Under the pieces are notes generated by a model. It was not told where the DNA came from. It saw only the letters and a list, made by a program, of their open reading frames with translations, and did not search any database. The position numbers and the translations under genes were made by a program. A stretch of 64,000 nucleotides of DNA from Paraphysomonas bandaiensis (lineage: Eukaryota > Protista > Chrysophyceae), in contig CBFFRP010000378.1 in the NCBI GenBank assembly GCA_965644295.1, forward strand, positions 124,001-188,000, given 5' to 3'. Of this stretch, positions 34,218 to 45,100 are shown in pieces. Every line of letters begins with the position of its first letter. Position 1 is the stretch's first letter.

Positions 34218-35248
34218 CTACAGTGCAACAGTAGGGTCCCATCCGGTAACCAACTTTTCATTCCATGAGTCCATTAGCTTCATATCATCTTCATCAATTC
34301 CACCAACTCTCCTCCTCACATTATCTGAGTCAACTGAGGTATCAAATCGCTTCAGAGTATCAATATTTTCTTTTATTCGTAGTGGGTTAACAGATTTGGG
34401 GATGGTTATAAATTCCTTCTGTATACACCACTGTATGAGTAGCTGAGCAGGAGTAGCACCATACTTTGTCGACAGTGCGACAACCTTGGGGTCTAACAGT
34501 TTCTGTCCCTTCGTGAGAGGAGAATATGCCTCAGGAATGATGTTGTGAGAACGACAATAATCTACTAGCTCTTTTCTAGGGTGGAATGGGGACAGTTCAA
34601 TTTGGTTTACTGATGGGTTTACCTCACTACGATCCAGTATTTCCTGAAGGTGATGTGTGCCATAATTAGATACACCGATAGACATCGCAAGTCCATCCTG
34701 CTGGGCATGCACAAGTGCCTTCCACTGATCCACTCGATTCTTTATATCATTAGGTGAATGTATTAAATACAAATCCACATAATCCAAACCAAGCTTCTCC
34801 AAGCTATTGTAGAGAGCAGTCCTGACATCACTATATGTTCGACCATTGGGCCATAGCTTCGTAGTTATCCATAGGTGGCTCCTCTGCAGGCCACTTTCTT
34901 TCAGAAAATCTCTAACAGCCTTTCCTACATCTTCTTCATTTTCGTACCTCTCGGCAGTGTCAATGTGTCGATAGCCCATTCGAAGAGCTGTAAGCACGGC
35001 ATTATAGGTCTCTAACCCTGAATACAGAACCATTATACCACTCCAACAAGCAACATATGGGTACTTTACAGTATACATATACAAAACGAACCTTTTCGAG
35101 ATCTGTACACTCCTAATCCAAATAGAGGAATATGACGATTATCATTCAATTTGATTGTACTCGAATCTGATATAAGTGATGTAGTGTGGGGATATACTGA
35201 AGCATAGCTAGTGGTGAGCAACAGAGTGATGGTAATAAGAGAAACCAT
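34218..35248 (-). CDS. Aldo-keto reductase (AKR5-like), 2 exons, hydrophobic N-terminus
   Basis: LNDNRHIPLFGLGVY, GYRHIDTAERYENE, TTKLW, LGLDYVDLYLIHSP, IGVSNY, NQIELSPF, IPKS. Confidence 0.93.
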
Positions 35249-35876
35249 TGTTTGTATAGAGTAGACTATGATATCGGTAGTTATAAGTAGATCGATAGCG
35301 ATACAGTGAATCAGTATATATAACGCACTGCAGCTATACACTATACATATATATACATATACATGTCCTTTCTATACATTGATATATGCATAACAGTCAG
35401 TTTACAATCACCATGAGCTCATTTAATCAATTATAGATTCATTAAATTATAACTATAGCATCATGCATATATGATCATAGTGTAGAGCCATGAGAATTCC
35501 TGCTACAAGAAATTGCGTAGAAGAGATGACTCATCACCTGAAAATTGCATATTTTTGAGTAAAAATACATAATATTTTAATCATACTAACGAAAACAGTG
35601 CATTTCCATAGGAATGAGATCCAAAATAGGATATATTCAGATACTCTTCATAAAATACTACCTCTCTTTTCAGTTTTGTCTATTAAAGATTTGTGTATTC
35701 TGCACACCACAAGCTCACCATAAAATCGTTTTGTTAATATACTTCCAACAATCTATGTATGTATACATATAACCATTAGGCTAAATCACTCTATTTAGCA
35801 TTAAATAGGATAATACAGGTTAGTCCATTGATATGAATCAATTCAATATGAAATGTAATTTATTACTTCAGTTAAA

Positions 35877-36400
35877 ATGGGAAAGGATCACAGAGTTACC
35901 CTTAAGTCACGCCATGCGTACAGAACTCTTTCTAACAGAGTTAAGACAATCAAGACCCCTGGTAAGATTATTGAGATGATATCATTTATATTTATTTATA
36001 ATCAATTATTCAGGTGGACGCTACACCTCTCAGCTGATTGCTAAGGCGAGAAAGGGACCCATCTGCGGAGATTGCGGTATCTCTCTTCCTGGGGTAATTG
36101 TTGCATATACATTACAATGAGTATTTGTAATGGAGTTCATATTATTTCAGATTAAGCACATGAATTCCACTGAGTTCAAGAACGCTAAGAAGCGTGAGAA
36201 GACTGTGTCTCGCGCCTACGGTGGATCTCGCTGTGGAAACTGTGTCAGACAAAGGTTAGTTGATTTTTGTTTCACCTGCATTTGAATTGATTGGGCTCTC
36301 TCTTGTGTATAGAATTGTGCGCGCTTTTTTGATTGAGGAGCAGAAGATTGTGAAGAAGGTCTTGGCTGAGAAATCGAAGAAGAACAAGAAGTCTGATTAA
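35877..36400 (+). CDS. RPL34: 60S ribosomal protein eL34, 4 exons (absent from the ORF track)
   Basis: Spliced translation MGKDHRVTLKSRHAYRTLSNRVKTIKTPG|GRYTSQ...PICGDCGISLPG|IKH...KTVSRAYGGSRCGNCVRQR|IVRAFLIEEQKIVKKVL...SD*. Confidence 0.96.
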
Positions 36401-36659
36401 TTTCTCATCGAAAACACTGTACTTATCCCATAAATAATGGAGCTATCCTTTCCATTAACCACCCAAACCTCTTGTTATTACTGAGTATCGTAGTTTACTG
36501 TGCAACGCCTGTTTCATTCAGAAAGCATAAACTCTTTAGTCTATTAGAAACCCCATCACTTAGGTATAGTTACTCTAGAATGTGTTGCACTCTGAAGGTA
36601 AGGGAAGATCCCTTGCATTATACGATAGAAAAGTCATTTTACTGTAGTAGACTTCAGCG

Positions 36660-36906
36660 TTATACTACCTGTATAATATACATGTTGTGGGATGCTTATC
36701 CCTCCATAAAACCCTGTAAGAGGATCCTGATGTGTGAGTATTTACGATTCGTAGTCTGTTATTTAACTGAATTATAAGGGAGCACCGCACTATCTATTAT
36801 GAGAGGTATTATCTACATAGATAATATAAATGACGGGACATTATTCAATAATACCATTATAATTGCCGGGAACTGGACTACTTTAATAATAATCCATTAA
36901 TGGTTA
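36660..36906 (+). mobile_element. Degenerate hAT-family remnant related to the element at 63600-64000
   Basis: Matches the reverse complement of ~63610-63845, e.g. CATGTTGTGGGATG, GATCCTGATGTG, CCATTATAATTGCCGGGAACTG, CCATTAATGGTTA. Confidence 0.7.
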
Positions 36907-37303
36907 ATGTTATATTTTACATCCATGAAGCAAACTTTCAATAGGGAACAATATATTGCAATATTATTGTTAGATAGCGTTCCATCAGTAGTATTGATGG
37001 ATTTTTTAAACCGGTCCTACAATACAATTACAATATATTGCAATATATTGTCAATGTATTGCGATATATTAGTTTGACTAATCAGTAGGTAAACACATCC
37101 GTAGATTTCATTTTTAGTATTAGTCATTAAGATCACATGACAACCAAACCAACTGCTGCTTATAGCTACTAAAAATCCACCTCGTCCTCATCCTCTGAGT
37201 CATCATCGGTGAGGTCAACATCACCATATTCATCCACAGAATGAATTGAAATATGCTAGTATCCGGCCATAACTTCCGAATAGCTTTCTAAAACAACAGC
37301 ATA

Positions 37304-39052
37304 TTAAGTAGGATGGATACTTTTGCGCAACACTGATATAATATGTTTAGCTGTGCTGAACAGACGTTCCCATGTATTGGAAGTACATACCAAGGCCAGG
37401 CAACCGTTAATGACTCGTGGATCTGCACGTTTCTTAATTTTTTGAGCTGACTGAAGATTTTTAGTCGCATAGTCAACATCAGCTTCATTATCCTTTGTAA
37501 TGTTGTGGGCTTGCATACATATTATCATATATTGCTTGCTACTACAACAAGCATTATCAAGCGCACTACAAATTTTAATGTTACACTCGTGCAATGGAAT
37601 ATTATACCTAGCAACTAACATATCAGCAAGTTCTTGGTTAATGAAATTATTCCCAGTAGCCCCCGTGTCCAATAAGGCTTTAGCTCTTAGATTTTCCTTT
37701 ACCTGTTGTACATTGACATCAGCTTTAGGACATACAAAGACATCGAGCATATCATTATTCATGTCAATAGCATTTATATATAAACACTTAGGGCATGATA
37801 ACTTACTTGTTTTCGATCTCGGAGGACCATCAGGATTCTCCACATAAGGGCAGGTACTCCAACCCATAGCCGCATATTTTTTGCCCTGTGTGGAATCTTT
37901 CCATGGCTTCTTTTCATGGTTAGCCCATGCACAGGTTTTGCGGGTGCAGTCACCTTTATGAAGATTACCGCATATCCAACATGCTTCCTTAGTATCAGTT
38001 GTTGCTTTAGTACTTGAGGATGAGCTGGAGGATGAAGTTTTTGTATTCTTAGTCTTGTTAGACTTAGATGTTTCTTTGGAATCCAATTTAGTTTCCATCC
38101 TCTTTACTTTTCTCACAGCTTGACTATAGTCATTGTTAAGCTCTCGCACCTTTCTACAGAATGCTCCGAAATCTTTTGGTGCAGATTGACCTTGGCCTAT
38201 ATCCGCTATAAATTTCTCTTTGGCATCCTTTCTGAAGGAATGTCCGCCCACAAGTTTAATGTTTTTCTTGAGGGTTTTGACTATGGTATCCGAGGCTACC
38301 TCTGTGAGACTTGCCTCCGGAATGAGCTTATAAAGCTCATTCAGACGTCCATATTCTTTTAAGAATACTTTAGGAACATGAATATCCACCTTAACCTTTG
38401 GTCCAATGATATTATCTATGAACCTAGGAAGAGGCTCCAATGTATCAGAGTATCGCTCCTCTTCCTCTAGAAAGGCTTGCTTTAACCACTGAATCAATTC
38501 CTCAGTAGTTACAATGTTTGGATCTAGCCAGTCCTCGTCAGACTCATCTCCAAAATCCTGCTGTCGCTGAAACTGAAGCATATCACGCACTGTTGGTGCC
38601 ATGATTTCTGACCTTATGAATTTTGTCCCTTTAGGATCTCTTTTCGAGAGATTTTCACAAAATTCGATGATATCCTCATCTTGCACACTACCTAAGTAGG
38701 GAATAGAGTCGGTATTGATTACTTCATGTGGAGTGGATTCCGTCGCAATGACTTCATTCAAGTCAATGCGCTCACTCCTGTTGGGGTGCGGATCTCCACT
38801 CCTTTGCTTCTTTCTCTTTGGTTGAGAAGAAGAGAGCTCACGAAATGATACTCCACTCAATTCTCCTTCAGCCTCTACTGATGTCTCAGTTTGAGGAGAA
38901 GATTGCATTTGAGATGATGTTGTTGCATCTCTTGCTCGTTTTCGAGAGGATTCTCTCTCTCTTTTCGTCTTTTTAGACGAAGAACCCGAAGCAGCTAACA
39001 ATTCCTCTATTTGAGGAGCTGCTTTTATTTTGCTTCTCTTACTTTCCCCCAT
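37304..39052 (-). CDS. Chimeric 582-aa ORF: Gag, aspartic protease and hAT dimerization-domain remnant
   Basis: Near-identical to the N-terminus of the 1611-aa polyprotein through LLDTGA...QYMII. It then reads through the LTR stub (CMQAH) into hAT sequence. Confidence 0.75.
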   Translation of the reverse strand: MGESKRSKIKAAPQIEELLAASGSSSKKTKRERESSRKRARDATTSSQMQSSPQTETSVEAEGELSGVSFRELSSSQPKRKKQRSGDPHPNRSERIDLNEVIATESTPHEVINTDSIPYLGSVQDEDIIEFCENLSKRDPKGTKFIRSEIMAPTVRDMLQFQRQQDFGDESDEDWLDPNIVTTEELIQWLKQAFLEEEERYSDTLEPLPRFIDNIIGPKVKVDIHVPKVFLKEYGRLNELYKLIPEASLTEVASDTIVKTLKKNIKLVGGHSFRKDAKEKFIADIGQGQSAPKDFGAFCRKVRELNNDYSQAVRKVKRMETKLDSKETSKSNKTKNTKTSSSSSSSSTKATTDTKEACWICGNLHKGDCTRKTCAWANHEKKPWKDSTQGKKYAAMGWSTCPYVENPDGPPRSKTSKLSCPKCLYINAIDMNNDMLDVFVCPKADVNVQQVKENLRAKALLDTGATGNNFINQELADMLVARYNIPLHECNIKICSALDNACCSSKQYMIICMQAHNITKDNEADVDYATKNLQSAQKIKKRADPRVINGCLALVCTSNTWERLFSTAKHIISVLRKSIHPT

Positions 39053-39418
39053 AATATTGTTATATCACAGAGATTGAGTACTACTTATTAAGTAATATTA
39101 CTGTGGGCTTGCATACATATGTGTATGTGTGCAAAGCAATACCCAAGTACAGAAGTACAAAATAATGATTATTATCGTATAATGAATCATGAATAATACT
39201 GTCTACAATATCAACGGCTAATAATACTGTCTACAATATCAACGGCTAATAATACTGTCTACAATATCAACGGCTATTGCTAATCCCAACAATCACATTC
39301 CCTACAGTTTGTATTCCTAACTACATGGTACACGTATACAATACAGTACTGTACTACTAATCATATAATACAGGACATGTACACGTATATATTCTATATG
39401 TAAGTGGATAGTCCTACA
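37504..39418 (-). mobile_element. Internally deleted Gypsy LTR retrotransposon copy (5' LTR, gag, protease, 19 bp of 3' LTR)
   Basis: Complete 317-bp LTR at 39102-39418. The LTR end TGTGGGCTTGCATACATAT at 37504-37522 is fused to protease-region sequence. 4-bp TSD ATGT at 37500-37503 and 39419-39422. Confidence 0.92.
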
Positions 39419-39650
39419 ATGTTGTAATCAATTTCTCGGTTATTTATATCCATTTTGCACCCTACAGTTGAGAATCTTCTCTTATATGACTATCATAATA
39501 TTGATTGCAATATATTGCAATAGTATTGTGAGCTCTTTTAGAAGAAACACTATTGATGGAATATTTGACCAGTCCACCAATCAATATATTTTACAATATA
39601 TTGCAATATATTGTTCCCTATCCCTGCATGAAAGTAACCGCAATAGTTAT

Positions 39651-40149
39651 TGCCCCATTCTGTGAGCGTACCCTAGTGAAGTGTTAGTGTTGACTAAGCT
39701 AAGTAACGTATAGATTATTAATAAAAATCTCAGCATATTCTCTGTGTGTCGGTATCAAGAAAACTCTATAGCCTATATGAGATTACGAGAAACCCCACGC
39801 ATTCTAGGGGAGGGAGGGGGGGCAATGTCACACTAGACCTATACTGAGTCATGCATGGTCACGAGAATCCCCGCGTAATCTTTGATAAGTAATAATGGGA
39901 ATGTACACACGGTCCTACTAGAATCTGCGCGAATTACATATATAAAAGTCATGCATAGTTATGAGAAATCCCGCGTAATCTCAGCAAAGGTTAACACAGG
40001 TGGGGGGGGGCAACAGAATCTGCTCGTTATCTATGTGGTCAGCTAAGTTGGCACACGGGTAGATGGGTAGTAGAATCAGTGCTATATCTCGGTGTTATAG
40101 GTGGGGCACCAGCCAGCCTACACTATGGCCACGCCCTCGGAATGGGGCA
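39651..40149. repeat. Left LTR-like repeat (499 bp)
   Basis: TGCCCCATTC...GGAATGGGGCA, with internal degenerate repeats of GTCATGCAT..GAGAA.CCCGCGTAATCT. Confidence 0.85.
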
Positions 40150-40421
40150 TTCTCCAGATCGATATCCTTTAGCAGCTGACGAATTCACACGCAAAGTATC
40201 TAATTATATTTACTGACTGCTAAAGAAGGTTGGTGAGAGTATTTATTAAACCATCAACCACATACTATCTTGTGTCTTGTAAGCGCAGTGAATTTTTTCA
40301 TTCCATATGCGCACTTCACCAAAAAAAAATAGAAGAAGGTAAAAGTGGCAATCAAATTATTTAATGATGTTACGATGAATCAGAAAGCCCATTCATTATT
40401 GGTGAACAACGGCTATATCTA

Positions 40422-40838
40422 TCATTCGATGACAACAAACCCATCAGCATGAAATTCGTAGATAGAAAAACAGTCCAAATGAATCTTAGCTACTTTGGTA
40501 TCTTCATTATACTCTACCACCCGGCCCAAGGAGTTTGACAACCACCTTTCATAGCCCACAACGAACTCGTTTAGTGTGATAACACTGTCCCCTGGGACTG
40601 GGGTGCGCTGGACTACTCTGAACCCAGGCGGAACCTCAATAGTTCGGCGCCCTATCGTCGCAAAACGCAAGGAATCACGCTCTCGAAAAGGTGGGTCTCG
40701 GTGACATTCCTCATAGGGGCACCTCTCGGCAACCATGACTTCCTCAATATTCAACTCTCTGGCATGAGCATTACAGTACCCTTGCTTCCGAGCATTGCCA
40801 TAATTAGTACAGTTCGGAGCAACACATTTTGCTGACAT
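40422..40838 (-). CDS. Small protein (138 aa) with an A20-like zinc finger and a putative SH3-like beta-barrel
   Basis: KCVAPNCTNYGNARKQGYCNAH fits the A20-type Cx4Cx11Cx2C spacing with His as the last ligand. The C-terminus reads PGDSVI...GRVVEYNEDTKVAKIHLD. Confidence 0.55.
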   Translation of the reverse strand: MSAKCVAPNCTNYGNARKQGYCNAHARELNIEEVMVAERCPYEECHRDPPFRERDSLRFATIGRRTIEVPPGFRVVQRTPVPGDSVITLNEFVVGYERWLSNSLGRVVEYNEDTKVAKIHLDCFSIYEFHADGFVVIE

Positions 40839-41052
40839 ATCAATAATATATATCCAGAAGGTGAGCAAGATTATGGCAGGAGATGGTGACAAACACACAC
40901 AACAGCTTGTGTTTCGGGACATACATACATACCTACTCCTGTCCCGAGGAATACAGCCAGGATAGTTTATACGAGGGGTCCGGGGGGGGGTCTCCTAAAA
41001 AAAACATAAAACCCGAAGAAGTATGAAAATTAAAACCTCAATTTTTTGGAGT

Positions 41053-41167
41053 TGTGTAAATTATTTTTCATACTTCGGATAGTTTCGATTCAGCTCCCTC
41101 GCAGGATCTCATAACAAACGAGTGTAATTTTTCGAAATTAGTAGAAGTATGAAAAATAATTTACACA
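41053..41167. repeat. Perfect 24-bp inverted repeat upstream of the recombinase gene
   Basis: TGTGTAAATTATTTTTCATACTTC (41053-41076) and GAAGTATGAAAAATAATTTACACA (41144-41167). Confidence 0.85.
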
Positions 41168-42126
41168 GCCTTAAACTCTAAAAAACCCTTATTTTAAGTA
41201 TAAAAGTGCACTTTTTAAGCATAGAAATCCATCATATTACTGGAACTGTTGAAGTGATAGAACAAGAACACTCATATCCTCATAGTATAATGACTGGACA
41301 TTCAATGTACATCAACTAACTGTAATTGTGTTATATAATGGAACGAGCTAGACTGAGTCTTGTTGTTCAAGGGCAGGCTGAAAGAAACGTTGTCACAAAG
41401 ACGAAAAAACAGTATCTTTCGAAGTGTAAAGTACTCACCAACATACTAAACAAAGACGAGGATATACGAAAAGAAGCACTGGTGACTAATGAGGATGGTG
41501 AAGCTATCAAGCACACTGGAGAAGCTAAAGACATTTATGTAATGAAGCTTCCTATTGACGTAGCTGTGGCAAAGCTTCTCTTTGCGGCCATCTCTATTGA
41601 TGAAGACCTTCCCAAACGAGGGAATAAAAGGAAACGACGTGACGAAATTATCACGGAAGGTGAAGTTGAAGCAACCAGCAGTGATCACGTTGAAGTCGAC
41701 AGTCAATACGATATGAATCCGGGAAAAGATAAAGTAACCGTAAGTGCACATGCTTATCAAAATTACAAGAGTGCACTTCGGTGGTGGCACCAATATGACT
41801 GTCCAAGTATGGGAAAAGTCGGCTACCCATGGCCTGGGGATGTGGATATGGCTTTGTGTGCTTCCATTGCAACCTATAAAAGGGATGTAGGAAGTAAAAA
41901 GCGCAATGGCATAATGAAGTCAAGAGAAGGGAAAAGTGCATTCAATTTACATGGCTATAAAGCTATATGTCGTTATTTCAAGAAAATGAAGCCCACCAAA
42001 AAAGGCCAATCATGGCACGAGGGAATATTTGCTTCTTTATTTACTACAAAATCCGTTTCAACTATAGGTAGATCGGATAATGTTGATGATGTCATAACTA
42101 CGAATATGGACTGGTCTAATGACTAT

Positions 42127-45100
42127 TGTGGGCTTGCATACATATGTGTATGTGTGCAAAGCAATACCCAAGTACAGAAGTACAAAATAATGATTATTAT
42201 CGTATAATGAATCATGAATAATACTGTCTACAATATCAACGGCTAATAATACTGTCTACAATATCAACGGCTATTGCTAATCCCAACAACAATCACATTC
42301 CCTACAGTTTGTATTCCTAACTACATGGTACACGTATACAATACAGTACTGTACTACTAATCATATAATACAGGACATGTACACGTATATATTCTATATG
42401 TAAGTGGATAGTCCTACACTACCTCCCCTTATAATTGATGTGTTAATGTGTTATATTGACACTCAATTCTGTAAACTTTGTTATTAATCTTCTTCATCAG
42501 AAGAATAAACCACATTTCGAGGTAGTAAATTTCTTACATTTTCATCAGGATGTTGAGTTAGGAAATTTTGTAGAGCATACGTTTTTCTAACGTTAGCCCA
42601 TGGTTCCCATGTAGGTTTTTCATACCCTATCCAATGTACTAGAAATTTTATTTGACTTTTCGGACCTTTAGCTCGACCTTTTATTTTTGAAATATGGTCA
42701 ATAGCATAAAAGTTTCCACCATCTTTACATGCCACTTGTAAGGGGTCAATAGTAGAGGGATCGTAATTAAATTCCCTTAATTTCTTTATATGATAGTCTT
42801 TATTACGTTTAGTAACAATATCTTGAAGAGTATATTTATCTCCAATAACATTGACTACTCGCATTGGACCTTTAAGATATGGTAATAATTTACTTGCCGG
42901 TCCAGGACGTAAAGCATTTTGTCTATGCTCAACTAACACATAAGAATTTATTGGAAATTCTTTTGTTTGTATATTTGGTGCAGTTGCCATGTGGATTTCA
43001 TCATGTTTGCGAAGATTTCGTCTTGCAATATCCATAATAGTGGACTGAACCTTTTGTATTCTATCTATCCAATGTGATAGCTTTTGTTCGTTCCCGTCCA
43101 AGTACTCATTGTGTTCAATGAATAAACTTTTATCTAAATCTACTGCGTTCCCAAATAGAATACTAGCGGGAGTAACGCCGGTGCTTCTATGTTTAGAAGA
43201 ATTCATAATTCTTTGTACTAAAGGTAGATACATTGACCAATTATTTAGTACATTTTTATCAAATATAATATTCCTTAAGTGCCTTAAAATTTCTTTATTA
43301 GCACGTTCAACTATAGCATTTTCTTCTTTAGAATACGCCATCGAAAATGATTGATTACTTCCAACCATTTCTATCAATGATTTTGTTAAATCATCCACAA
43401 ATGCTGGTCCAAGATCCGAATGAATCTCAATAGGTGCTCCATATCTACCCAGGTGTTGAAGCAATCCCTTTGCCGCCGCCATGGCAGTGAGATTCTTAGT
43501 AGGGATTAATTCTACCCACCTAGAAAAAGAATCGATAATCACTAATATATTAGTGTATCCATCCTCATCTGGATGCAGACTCTGAATAAAATCCACTGCT
43601 ATTCTTTGCATCGGGCCATATGTTGAGACAGTAAAGGGATGAGCATTAATTATTGGTTTAATTCTACTCATCTTTTGACAACAAGGACAAGTTTTAATAA
43701 ATTTTGTCACATGTGCCCCTTGCTTTGACCATTTATGACCATTGTCTCGTAATTTTTGTATTGTACGACCAATACCATGATGACCTGTAACATTGTTATG
43801 AAATCTTTTAATAATTTCCCATTCCTTGTTTGGAACTTTAATATCGGGAATTAGGGAAGCACATTTTGTTTCCATTTTAGATTCTAATGCACATAGTCTA
43901 CTAAATGCATCAGCAACAACATTATCAGATCCTTTAATATCACATAGATCATAATCATATGCTTGGAAACATTTCAACCATCGCTGAACTTTCTTATCCT
44001 TAGCGTAATCAGTTCTCAACTGAGTAATATTTTTATGATCTGTTTTGATCGTAAAGTATCTATACCTTAATAGGTAGTCCCATTTATCTAAGGCATAGTA
44101 TATAGCATATCCTTCTTTCTGAGGTGTATCCCAATTCATCATTCTTTCATCGAATGTTTTACTGAGAAATCCTATTGGACGTTCTACACCATCTACTACT
44201 TGGTAGAGGTATGCTCCTATTCCATAATCAGATGCATCGGTCAATAAATATATTGGTGACTCGTCATCAATGAAAAATAATGTTGGACATTCATGGATCA
44301 TCAATTTGATCTTTTCAAATGCTTCATTGGCATCCTCTGTCCATTGTAGACGTTTACGTCTATGATAGTTGAGAAGCATTTTATTTAACGGTCTCACCAC
44401 TAAGGAGTGGTTGTGCACGTGATCCCGAAAATAATTTGCCAATCCGAGGAAAGATTTTAGACCCTTCATAGTTTCAGGCTTTGGGAAATTTAATACACTA
44501 TCCAGACGTTCTCTAGTAAAGTGTAACCCTTCCTCATTTAGAGTATGTCCTACATATTGTACTTCGGACTCTCCTATTTTCACTTTCTCAGGATTAATGT
44601 AAACGTTGTATTTCCTGAAGCGTTCTAGAACTTTAACGTAATTTTCAATTAGTTCATCTTCTGTAGAAGCATATATAATCAGGTCATCTAGATATAATTC
44701 ACATATGAACATAATCAACCCGGCAAGCACAATTGTTGTTAATTCTCGTTGAAAGTATGATGGAGCACCACTCAAACCCATGGGTAGTCGGAGCCATTCG
44801 AATACTCCCCAGAAGGTTATAAATGCCGTCCACTTCCTCGAGTACTCTGAAATTTTAGCCTGGTAATAACCAGATACTAAATCCAGAATTATGAAGTATT
44901 TGGGTTTCTTAGACCCAATACGTTCTAACATTTCTTTGATGTTAGGTATTGGCCAACGTTCCCTCTGTGTGTGCTTGTTTAGACCTTTATAGTCTACACA
45001 GAATCGCCATTTATCATTTGGTTTGGGAACTAATAATACCTGGCTATAATAAGGAGCCGTACTTGGTTGTATTATTCCATGCTCCACAAATGTATCGATT

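Larger units (their letters stand above)
36942..39620 (-). mobile_element. Non-autonomous hAT-like DNA transposon interrupted by a deleted Gypsy copy
   Basis: TIR TAGGGAACAATATATTGCAATAT at both ends and subterminal ATATTGCAATAT repeats. An internal remnant, TSNTWERLFSTAKHIISVLRKS, resembles the hAT C-terminal dimerization domain. No 8-bp TSD is visible. Confidence 0.75.

Noticed and set aside
39192-39275. 28-bp direct repeats resembling a CRISPR array
   Set aside because: There are no spacers, the repeats lie inside an LTR, the context is eukaryotic and no cas genes are present.
37504-39418. Assembly duplication of the intact Gypsy element
   Set aside because: It has its own TSD, a different LTR repeat number and multiple substitutions.
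36930-39630. 8-bp TSD for the TAGGGAAC hAT element
   Set aside because: The flanks (ACTTTCAA and TCCCTGCA) do not match, so no TSD is claimed.
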